Below the pieces are notes generated by a model. That model was given only the letters and a program-made list of their open reading frames with translations. It did no database searches and was not told where the DNA came from. Below are positions 53,601 through 64,000 of a DNA stretch of 64,000 bases, piece by piece. The position numbers and the translations under genes are program-made. Every line of letters starts with the position of its first letter. The stretch's first letter is position 1. Source of the DNA: Eledone cirrhosa (Eukaryota); NCBI GenBank assembly GCA_964016885.1, contig OZ024757.1, positions 16,802,001-16,866,000 on the forward strand. Reading direction: 5' to 3'.

Positions 53601-56600
53601 TGTGTACCTCCAACTCCTGCAGGTCCATCTCTTACATTGCCGCCATCAATGTCTGCTGTGTACCTCCAACTCCTGCAGGTCCATCTGTTACATTGCCGCC
53701 ATCAATGTCTGCTGTGTTCCTCCAACTCCTGCAGGTCCATCTGTTACATTGCCGCCATCAATGTCTGCTGTGTTCCAACTCCTGCAGGTCTCATCTGTTA
53801 CATTGCCGCCATCAATGTCTGCTGTGTTCCAACTCCTGCAGGTCCCATCTGTTACATTGCCTCCATCAATGTCTGCTGTGTACCTCCAACTCCTGCAGGT
53901 CCATCTGTTACTTTGCCACCATCAATGTCTGCTGTGTTCCAACTCCTGCAGGTGCCATCTGTTACATTGCCTCCATCAATGTCTGCTGTGTACCTCCAAC
54001 TCCTGCAGGTCCATCTGTTACATTGCCTCCATCAATGTCTGCTGTGTTCCTCCAACTCCTGCAGGTCCATCTTTTACATTGCCGCCATCAATGTCTGCTG
54101 TGTTCCAACTCCTGCAGCTCCATCTGTTACATTGCCGCCATCAATGTCTGCTGTGTTCCTCCAACTCCTGCAGGTCCATCTGTTACATTGCCGCCATCAA
54201 TGTCTGCTGTGTTCCTCCAACTCCTGCAGGTCCATCTGTTACATTGCCGCCATCAATGTCTGCTGTGTACCTCCAACTCCTGCAGGTCCATCTGTTACAT
54301 TGCCTCCATCAATGTCTGCTGTGTTCCTCCAACTCCTGCAGGTCCATCTGTTACATTGCCGCCATCAATGTCTGCTGTGTTCCAACTCCTGCAGGTCCAT
54401 CTGTTACATTGCCGCCATCAATGTCTGCTGTGTTCCTCCAACTCCTGCAGGTCCATCTGTTACATTGCCGCCATCAATGTCTGCTGTGTTCCTCCAACTC
54501 CTGCAGGTCCATCTGTTACATTGCCGCCATCAATGTCTGCTGTGTTCCTCCAACTCCTGCAGGTCCATCTGTTACATTGCCGCCATCAATGTCTGCTGTG
54601 TTCCTCCAACTCCTGCAGGTCCATCTGTTACATTGCCGCCATCAATGTCTGCTGTGTACCTCCAACTCCTGCAGGTCCCATCTGTTACATTGCCGCCATC
54701 AATGTCTGCTGTGTTCCTCCAACTCCTGCAGGTCCATCTGTTACATTGCCGCCATCAATGTCTGCTGTGTTCCTCCAACTCCTGCAGGTCCATCTGTTAC
54801 ATTGGCGCCATCAATGTCTGCTGTGTACCTCCAACTCCTGCAGGTCCATCTGTTACATTGCCGCCATCAATGTCTGCTGTGTACCTCCAACTCCTGCAGG
54901 TCCATCTCTTACATTGCCGCCATCAATGTCTGCTGTGTACCTCCAACTCCTGCAGGTCCATCTGTTACATTGCCGCCATCAATGTCTGCTGTGTTCCTCC
55001 AACTCCTGCAGGTCCATCTCTTACATTGCCGCCATCAATGTCTGCTGTGTTCCAACTCCTGCAGGTCCATCTGTTACATTGCCTCCATCAATGTCTGCTG
55101 TGTACCTCCAACTCCTGCAGGTCCATCTGTTACATTGCCGCCATCAATGTCTGCTGTGTACCTCCAACTCCTGCAGGTCCATCTCTTACATTGCCGCCAT
55201 CAATGTCTGCTGTGTACCTCCAACTCCTGCAGGTCCATCTGTTACATTGCCGCCATCAATGTCTGATGTGTTCCTCCAACTCCTGCAGGTCCATCTGTTA
55301 CATTGCCACCATCAATGTCTGCTGTGTTCCAACTCCTGCAGGTCTCATCTGTTACATTGCCGCCATCAATGTCTGCTGTGTTCCAACTCCTGCAGGTCCC
55401 ATCTGTTACATTGCCTCCATCAATGTCTGCTGTGTACCTCCAACTCCTGCAGGTCCATCTGTTACTTTGCCACCATCAATGTCTGCTGTGTTCCAACTCC
55501 TGCAGGTGCCATCTGTTACATTGCCTCCATCAATGTCTGCTGTGTACCTCCAACTCCTGCAGGTCCATCTGTTACATTGCCGCCATCAATGTCTGCTGTG
55601 TACCTCCAACTCCTGCAGGTCCATCTGTTACATTGCCTCCATCAATGTCTGCTGTGTTCCTCCAACTCCTGCAGGTCCATCTGTTACATTGCCGCCATCA
55701 ATGTCTGCTGTGTTCCAACTCCTGCAGGTCCATCTGTTACATTGCCGCCATCAATGTCTGCTGTGTTCTTCCAACTCCTGCAGGTCCATCTGTTACATTG
55801 CCGCCATCAATGTCTGCTGTGTTCCTCCAACTCCTGCAGGTCCATCTGTTACATTGCCGCCATCAATGTCTGCTGTGTTCCTCCAACTCCTGCAGGTCCA
55901 TCTGTTACATTGGCGCCATCAATGTCTGCTGTGTACCTCCAACTCCTGCAGGTCCATCTGTTACATTGCCGCCATCAATGTCTGCTGTGTTCCTCCAACT
56001 CCTGCAGGTCCATCTGTTACATTGCCGCCATCAATGTCTGCTGTGTTCCTCCAACTCCTGCAGGTCCATCTGTTACATTGCCGCCATCAATGTCTGCTGT
56101 GTACCTCCAACTCCTGCAGGTCCCATCTGTTACATTGCCGCCATCAATGTCTGCTGTGTTCCTCCAACTCCTGCAGGTCCATCTGTTACATTGCCGCCAT
56201 CAATGTCTGCTGTGTTCCAACTCCTGCAGGTCTCATCTGTTACATTGCCGCCATCAATGTCTGCTGTGTTCCAACTCCTGCAGGTCTCATCTGTTACATT
56301 GCCGCCATCAATGTCTGCTGTGTTCCAACTCCTGCAGGTCTCATCTGTTACATTGCCGCCATTAATGTCTGCTGTGTTCCTCCAACTCCTGCAGGTCCAT
56401 CTGTTACATTGCCGCCATCAATGTCTGCTGTGTTCCTCCAACTCCTGCAGGTCCATCTGTTACATTGCCGCCATCAATGTCTGCTGTGTTCCAACTCCTG
56501 CAGGTCCCATCTGTTACATTGCCTCCATCAATGTCTGCTGTGTACCTCCAACTCCTGCAGGTCCATCTGTTACATTGCCTCCATCGTATGTCTGCTGTGT

Positions 56601-59600
56601 TCCTCCAACTCCTGCAGGTCCATCTGTTACATTGCCACCATCATTGTCTGCTGTGTTCCAACTCCTGCAGGTCCATCTGTTACATTGCCGCCATCAATGT
56701 CTGCTGTGTACCTCCAACTCCTGCAGGTCCATCTGTTACATTGCCACCATCAATGTCTGCTGTGTTCCTCCAACTCCTGCAAGTCCATCTGTTACATTGC
56801 CGCCATCAATGTCTGCTGTGTTCCTCCAACTCCTGCAGGTACATCTGTTACATTGCCGCCATCAATGTCTGCTGTGTTCCTCCAACTCCTGCAGGTCCAT
56901 CTGTTACATTGCCGCCATCAATGTCTGCTGTGTACCTCCAACTCCTGCAGGTCCATCTCTTACATTGCCGCCATCAATGTCTGCTGTGTACCTCCAACTC
57001 CTGCAGGTCCATCTGTTACATTGCCGCCATCAATGTCTGCTGTGTTCCTCCAACTCCTGCAGGTCCATCTCTTACATTGCCGCCATCAATGTCTGCTGTG
57101 TTCCAACTCCTGCAGGTCCATCTGTTACATTGCCTCCATCAATGTCTGCTGTGTACCTCCAACTCCTGCAGGTCCATCTGTTACATTGCCGCCATCAATG
57201 TCTGCTGTGTACCTCCAACTCCTGCAGGTCCATCTCTTCCATTGCCGCCATCAATGTCTGCTGTGTACCTCCAACTCCTGCAGGTCCATCTGTTACATTG
57301 CCGCCATCAATGTCTGCTGTGTTCCTCCAACTCCTGCAGGTCCATCTGTTACATTGCCGCCATCAATGTCTGCTGTGTTCCAACTCCTGCAGGTCTCATC
57401 TGTTACATTGCCGCCATCAATGTCTGCTGTGTTCCAACTCCTGCAGGTCCCATCTGTTACATTGCCTCCATCAATGTCTGCTGTGTACCTCCAACTCCTG
57501 CAGGTCCATCTGTTACTTTGCCACCATCAATGTCTGCTGTGTTCCAACTCCTGCAGGTGCCATCTGTTACATTGCCTCCATCAATGTCTGCTGTGTACCT
57601 CCAACTCCTGCAGGTCCATCTGTTACATTGCCTCCATCAATGTCTGCTGTGTTCCTCCAACTCCTGCAGGTCCATCTTTTACATTGCCGCCATCAATGTC
57701 TGCTGTGTTCCAACTCCTGCAGCTCCATCTGTTACATTGCCGCCATCAATGTCTGCTGTGTTCCTCCAACTCCTGCAGGTCCATCTGTTACATTGCCGCC
57801 ATCAATGTCTGCTGTGTTCCTCCAACTCCTGCAGGTCCATCTGTTACATTGCCGCCATCAATGTCTGCTGTGTACCTCCAACTCCTGCAGGTCCATCTGT
57901 TACATTGCCTCCATCAATGTCTGCTGTGTTCCTCCAACTCCTGCAGGTCCATCTGTTACATTGCCGCCATCAATGTCTGCTGTGTTCCAACTCCTGCAGG
58001 TCCATCTGTTACATTGCCGCCATCAATGTCTGCTGTGTTCCTCCAACTCCTGCAGGTCCATCTGTTACATTGCCGCCATCAATGTCTGCTGTGTACCTCC
58101 AACTCCTGCAGGTCCATCTGTTACATTGCCGCCATCAATGTCTGCTGTGTACCTCCAAATCCTGCAGGTCCATCTGTTACATTGCCGCCATCAATGTCTG
58201 CTGTGTTCCTCCAACTCCTGCAGGTCCATCTGTTACATTGCCACCATCAATGTCTGCTGTGTTCCTCCAACTCCTGCAGGTCCATCTGTTACATTGCCGC
58301 CATCAATGTCTGCTGTGTTCCTCCAACTCCTGCAGGTCCATCTGTTACATTGCCACCATCAATGTCTGCTGTGTTCCTCCAACTCCTGCAGGTCCAGCTG
58401 TTACATTGCCGCCATCAATGTCTACTGTGTACCTCCAACTCCTGCAGGTCCATCTGTTACATTGCCGCCATCAATGTCTGCTGTGTTCCTCCAACTCCTG
58501 CAGGTCCATCTGTTACATTGCCGCCATCAATGTCTGCTGTGTTCCTCCAACTCCTGCAGGTCCATCTGTTACATTGCCGCCATCAATGTCTGCTGTGTAC
58601 CTCCAACTCCTGCAGGTCCCATCTGTTACATTGCCGCCATCAATGTCTGCTGTGTTCCTCCAACTCCTGCAGGTCCATCTGTTACATTGCCGCCATCAAT
58701 GTCTGCTGTGTTCCTCCAACTCCTGCAGGTCCATCTGTTACATTGGCGCCATCAATGTCTGCTGTGTACCTCCAACTCCTGCAGGTCCATCTGTTACATT
58801 GCCGCCATCAATGTCTGCTGTGTACCTCCAACTCCTGCAGGTCCATCTGTTACATTGCCGCCATCAATGTCTGCTGTGTTCCTCCAACTCCTGCAGGTCC
58901 ATCTGTTACATTGCCGCCATCAATGTCTGCTGTGTTCCTCCAACTCCTGCAGGTCCATCTGTTACATTGCCGCCATCAATGTCTGCTGTGTACCTCCAAC
59001 TCCTGCAGGTCCCATCTGTTACATTGCCGCCATCAATGTCTGCTGTGTTCCTCCAACTCCTGCAGGTCCATCTGTTACATTGCCGCCATCAATGTCTGCT
59101 GTGTTCCTCCAACTCCTGCAGGTCCATCTGTTACATTGGCGCCATCAATGTCTGCTGTGTACCTCCAACTCCTGCAGGTCCATCTGTTACATTGCCGCCA
59201 TCAATGTCTGCTGTGTACCTCCAACTCCTGCAGGTCCATCTCTTACATTGCCGCCATCAATGTCTGCTGTGTACCTCCAACTCCTGCAGGTCCATCTGTT
59301 ACATTGCCGCCATCAATGTCTGCTGTGTTCCTCCAACTCCTGCAGGTCCATCTCTTACATTGCCGCCATCAATGTCTGCTGTGTTCCAACTCCTGCAGGT
59401 CCATCTGTTACATTGCCTCCATCAATGTCTGCTGTGTACCTCCAACTCCTGCAGGTCCATCTGTTACATTGCCGCCATCAATGTCTGCTGTGTACCTCCA
59501 ACTCCTGCAGGTCCATCTCTTACATTGCCGCCATCAATGTCTGCTGTGTACCTCCAACTCCTGCAGGTCCATCTGTTACATTGCCGCCATCAATGTCTGC

Positions 59601-62408
59601 TGTGTTCCTCCAACTCCTGCAGGTCCATCTGTTACATTGCCGCCATCAATGTCTGCTGTGTTCCAACTCCTGCAGGTCTCATCTGTTACATTGCCGCCAT
59701 CAATGTCTGCTGTGTTCCAACTCCTGCAGGTCCCATCTGTTACATTGCCTCCATCAATGTCTGCTGTGTACCTCCAACTCCTGCAGGTCCATCTGTTACT
59801 TTGCCACCATCAATGTCTGCTGTGTTCCAACTCCTGCAGGTGCCATCTGTTACATTGCCTCCATCAATGTCTGCTGTGTACCTCCAACTCCTGCAGGTCC
59901 ATCTGTTACATTGCCTCCATCAATGTCTGCTGTGTTCCTCCAACTCCTGCAGGTCCATCTTTTACATTGCCGCCATCAATGTCTGCTGTGTTCCAACTCC
60001 TGCAGCTCCATCTGTTACATTGCCGCCATCAATGTCTGCTGTGTTCCTCCAACTCCTGCAGGTCCATCTGTTACATTGCCGCCATCAATGTCTGCTGTGT
60101 TCCTCCAACTCCTGCAGGTCCATCTGTTACATTGCCGCCATCAATGTCTGCTGTGTACCTCCAACTCCTGCAGGTCCATCTGTTACATTGCCTCCATCAA
60201 TGTCTGCTGTGTTCCTCCAACTCCTGCAGGTCCATCTGTTACATTGCCGCCATCAATGTCTGCTGTGTTCCAACTCCTGCAGGTCCATCTGTTACATTGC
60301 CGCCATCAATGTCTGCTGTGTTCCTCCAACTCCTGCAGGTCCATCTGTTACATTGCCGCCATCAATGTCTGCTGTGTTCCTCCAACTCCTGCAGGTCCAT
60401 CTGTTACATTGGCGCCATCAATGTCTGCTGTGTACCTCCAACTCCTGCAGGTCCATCTGTTACATTGCCGCCATCAATGTCTGCTGTGTTCCTCCAACTC
60501 CTGCAGGTCCATCTGTTACATTGCCGCCATCAATGTCTGCTGTGTTCCTCCAACTCCTGCAGGTCCATCTGTTACATTGCCGCCATCAATGTCTGCTGTG
60601 TACCTCCAACTCCTGCAGGTCCCATCTGTTACATTGCCGCCATCAATGTCTGCTGTGTTCCTCCAACTCCTGCAGGTCCATCTGTTACATTGCCGCCATC
60701 AATGTCTGCTGTGTTCCTCCAACTCCTGCAGGTCCATCTGTTACATTGGCGCCATCAATGTCTGCTGTGTACCTCCAACTCCTGCAGGTCCATCTGTTAC
60801 ATTGCCGCCATCAATGTCTGCTGTGTACCTCCAACTCCTGCAGGTCCATCTGTTACATTGCCGCCATCAATGTCTGCTGTGTTCCTCCAACTCCTGCAGG
60901 TCCATCTGTTACATTGCCGCCATCAATGTCTGCTGTGTTCCTCCAACTCCTGCAGGTCCATCTGTTACATTGCCGCCATCAATGTCTGCTGTGTTCCAAC
61001 TCATGCAGGTCCCATCTGTTACATTGCCTCCATCAATGTCTGCTGTGTACCTCCAACTCCTGCAGGTCCATCTGTTACATTGCCTCCATCAATGTCTGCT
61101 GTGTTCCTCCAACTCCTGCAGGTCCATCTGTTACATTGCCACCATCATTGTCTGCTGTGTTCCAACTCCTGCAGGTCCATCTGTTACATTGCCGCCATCA
61201 ATGTCTGCTGTGTACCTCCAACTCCTGCAGGTCCATCTGTTACATTGCCGCCATCAATGTCTGCTGTGTTCCTCCAACTCCTGCAGGTACATCTGTTACA
61301 TTGCCGCCATCAATGTCTGCTGTGTTCCTCCAACTCCTGCAGGTACATCTGTTACATTGCCGCCATCAATGTCTGCTGTGTTCCTCCAACTCCTGCAGGT
61401 CCATCTGTTACATTGCCGCCATCAATGTCTGCTGTGTACCTCCAACTCCTGCAGGTCCATCTGTTACATTGCCGCCATCAATGTCTGCTGTGTTCCTCCA
61501 ACTCCTGCAGGTACATCTGTTACATTGCCGCCATCAATGTCTGCTGTGTACCTCCAACTCCTGCAGGTCCATCTGTTACATTACCTCCATCAATGTCTGC
61601 TGTGTACCTCCAACTCCTGCAGGCCCATCTGTTACATTGCCTCCATCAATGTCTGCTGTGTTCCAACTCCTGCAGGTCCATCTGTTACATTGCCGCCATC
61701 AATGTCTGCTGTGTTCCTCCAACTCCTGCAGGTCCATCTGTTACATTGCCGCCATCAATGTCTGCTGTGTTCCAACTCCTGCAGGTCCATCTGTTACATT
61801 GCCGCCATCAATGTCTGCTGTGTTCCTCCAACTCCTGCAGGTCCATCTGTTACATTGCCGCCATCAATGTCTGCTGTGTTCCTCCAACTCCTGCAGGTCC
61901 ATCTGTTACATTGCCGCCATCAATGTCTGCTGTGTTCCTCCAACTCCTGCAGGTCCATCTGTTACATTGCCTCCATCAATGTCTGCTGTGTTCCAACTCC
62001 TGCAGGTGCCATCTGTTACATTGCCTCCATCAATGTCTGCTGTGTTCCTCCAACTCCTGCAGGTCCATCTGTTACATTGCCGCCATCAATGTCTGCTGTG
62101 TTCCTCCAACTCCTGCAGGTCCATCTGTTACATTGCCGCCATCAATGTCTGCTGTGTACCTCCAACTCCTGCAGGTCCATCTGTTACATTGCCGCCATCA
62201 ATGTCTGCTGTGTTCCTCCAACTCCTGCAGGTCTATCTGTTACATTGCCGCCATCAATGTCTGCTGTGTTCCAACTCCTGCAGGTCTCATCTGTTACATT
62301 GCCGCCATCAATGTCTGCTGTGTACCTCCAACTCCTGCAGGTCCATCTGTTACATTGCCGCCATCAATGTCTGCTGCGTTCCAACTCCTGCAGGTCCATC
62401 TGTTACAT
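11604..62408. repeat. Giant tandem satellite/minisatellite array: 56-bp monomer with 53-bp, 54-bp and 57-bp variants, about 920 copies
   Basis: Consensus tgccgccatcaatgtctgctgtgttcctccaactcctgcaggtccatctgttacat (56 bp, 29/56 GC), repeated head-to-tail for 50,805 bp with no visible interruption or inversion. Common variants are a 3-bp deletion (gtgttccaac), gtgtacctcc and gccacc/gcctcc. Copy number is estimated as length divided by ~55. Confidence 0.99.
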
Positions 62409-62520
62409 ACAAAAGCTAAGTTCTAACAAAATCGTTCTAAAGTATTTTTATTCATTCCAAAAGTCAGCGTTCTCTGCCAATGATGTCTCTCTCTGCTTTC
62501 CTATTACTCTCTCTCTCCAA

Positions 62521-62625
62521 TATGTATGTGTGTGTGTATATAAATGTATATACATATATATGTATGTATATATATATGTGTGTGTGTATATATATGTGTG
62601 TGTGTATATATATATGTATGTATAG
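62521..62625. repeat. (TA)/(TG) compound microsatellite
   Basis: Direct inspection. Confidence 0.95.
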
Positions 62626-62629
62626 ATAT

Positions 62630-63238
62630 GTCAGGTCACCGGTTGGTGCTACTGGTAACATGTATCCCAGTACAATCTGTCTCATGGTCGGGTCGTTAGC
62701 GACTAAACTGGCAACCCCACCAAAGTTTCTTGGTGACGAGGGTGACTTTGGACATCCTGCAGAACTAAAAACAAAACCTGTCAAAGGGCAAAAGAGCTCT
62801 TAAGAGTCAATGGCCATCCAAAATCACCGGGAGAGTTGACCCCTTAGCCTTTGTCAAGGCAGAATTCTTGGAGAAGGAAAACTCTGATATAACACCTGCA
62901 ACCCTGATGGTATCCAATGATGTTGACTTGTTCTTCTTTTTGGTAAATATCATCTTGGTTAAGAGAGTGGGACTGGCTTTGTGCAGTGCCTTTGCTCACT
63001 ATAAAAGCTTCACGGCACAGGCATTGCTTTATATCTGGAGATCTCTCTGCACTTGTCGTCACATGGTACCATGGGCCCAGCACTATGTGTCAATAATTGT
63101 CACAAGTGTAGTGTTTGTACCAGAGTTTTCAAGTCGCTGGCTGGACTAAAAAGTCACACTCGTTCAGCGCATCGGTAGGGGATCTCCTACATGGATATAA
63201 AGTAGTGGCCGTACTCGAAAACGAGTTGGCAGCCACTA
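62630..63238 (+). mobile_element. Bipartite non-autonomous RTE-LINE-derived element (5' region joined to ORF end and 3' UTR)
   Basis: Contains the RTE-like 5' motif ggagaaggaaaactctgat, then [23 protein letters not shown] (63107-63178), a C2H2-like knuckle typical of RTE ORF C-termini. A 3' stem-loop and microsatellite tail follow. No RT or endonuclease sequence is recognisable in between. Homologous to 1897-2228. Confidence 0.68.
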
Positions 63239-63432
63239 TGTATATATATATATATGTGTGTGTGTATATATATATGTGTGTGTGTATATATATATATGTG
63301 TGTGTGTATATATATATATATGTATGTATATATATGTATATGTATATATGTGTGTGTGTGTATATATATATGTATATACATATATATATATGTGTATATA
63401 TATATATGTGTGTGTGTGTATGTATATGTATA

Positions 63433-63466
<34 letters not shown>

Positions 63467-63525
63467 CACACACACACACATATATATATATACATATATA
63501 TGCCTGTGCATACACATACACATAA
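63239..63525. repeat. (TA)/(TG)/(CA) compound microsatellite
   Basis: Direct inspection; it begins at the 3' end of the RTE-derived element. Confidence 0.97.
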
Positions 63526-64000
63526 TCCACAAATAATACCTGGTTACAGTTTGGTGAAGAAACCGAAATATATATGTGTATGTATGTATAATATATTCTT
63601 ATATATACATATATATATCAGTTTCTTCAAACTGTAACATAATGTTTATGGATTATATATATGTATGCATATATATTAGTATATATATATATATATACAC
63701 ACACACGCACGCACACACATGCAAACTGTACTTTTACCCAAAAATATAAAATATAAAAAAAAAAAAAAGGCATAATAGAAGATTATATTGAGAGAAGTAG
63801 TTTTAAAATGAATCAATTATTTCCAAGTCACTGTTGAATGTTTGAATGTAAATCCTCTTGTGTGTTTTATTGTCTAATGGGATCTGAAAATTTCGAAATC
63901 ATTCTTAGCAATCACACAAGACTAAGCAGCACTCTTTTTCTTCTTCTTATCTATACAAAATAAATAGGAAATATTATAAAAAGAACTATTTATTTAACAA

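Noticed and set aside
11604-62408. CRISPR-like array
   Set aside because: There are no unique spacers because the whole unit repeats, there are no cas genes, and the context is eukaryotic.
11601-62625. Giant + strand ORFs (up to 7,945 aa) as annotated protein-coding genes such as mucin, keratin-associated or metallothionein-like proteins
   Set aside because: They are fully explained by a stop-free monomer whose length is not a multiple of 3. All three frames are equally open and there is no unique N- or C-terminal domain. Kept only as a testable hypothesis in the findings.

Overview
This is AT-rich, repeat-dense animal genomic DNA. The SINE, mariner and microsatellite make-up looks like an octopus or other cephalopod genome, which is an inference. 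The only convincing host gene is the uninterrupted 7TM/C-terminal part of a highly divergent Frizzled-family receptor (3-1166, open at the window edge). Positions 1.2-11.6 kb are a patchwork of microsatellites and transposon relics: tRNA-derived SINEs, mariner, hAT and Mutator-like MITEs, a non-autonomous Helitron, RTE-LINE-derived short elements, a decayed mariner transposase, and Penelope-like inverted termini. One of those termini contains a recognisable minimal hammerhead ribozyme motif at 10473-10536. About 80% of the window (11604-62408, 50.8 kb) is one GC-richer tandem array of roughly 920 copies of a 56/53-bp monomer. The array has abrupt, in-register ends, nested higher-order duplications (0.44, 0.77, 1.9, 2.3, ~7 and ~8 kb) and a polarised distribution of variants. 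The consensus monomer has no stop codon in any + strand frame, which produces the multi-thousand-residue ORFs in the track. I treat these as most likely non-coding but testable. All coordinates were read by eye and no database searches were run.
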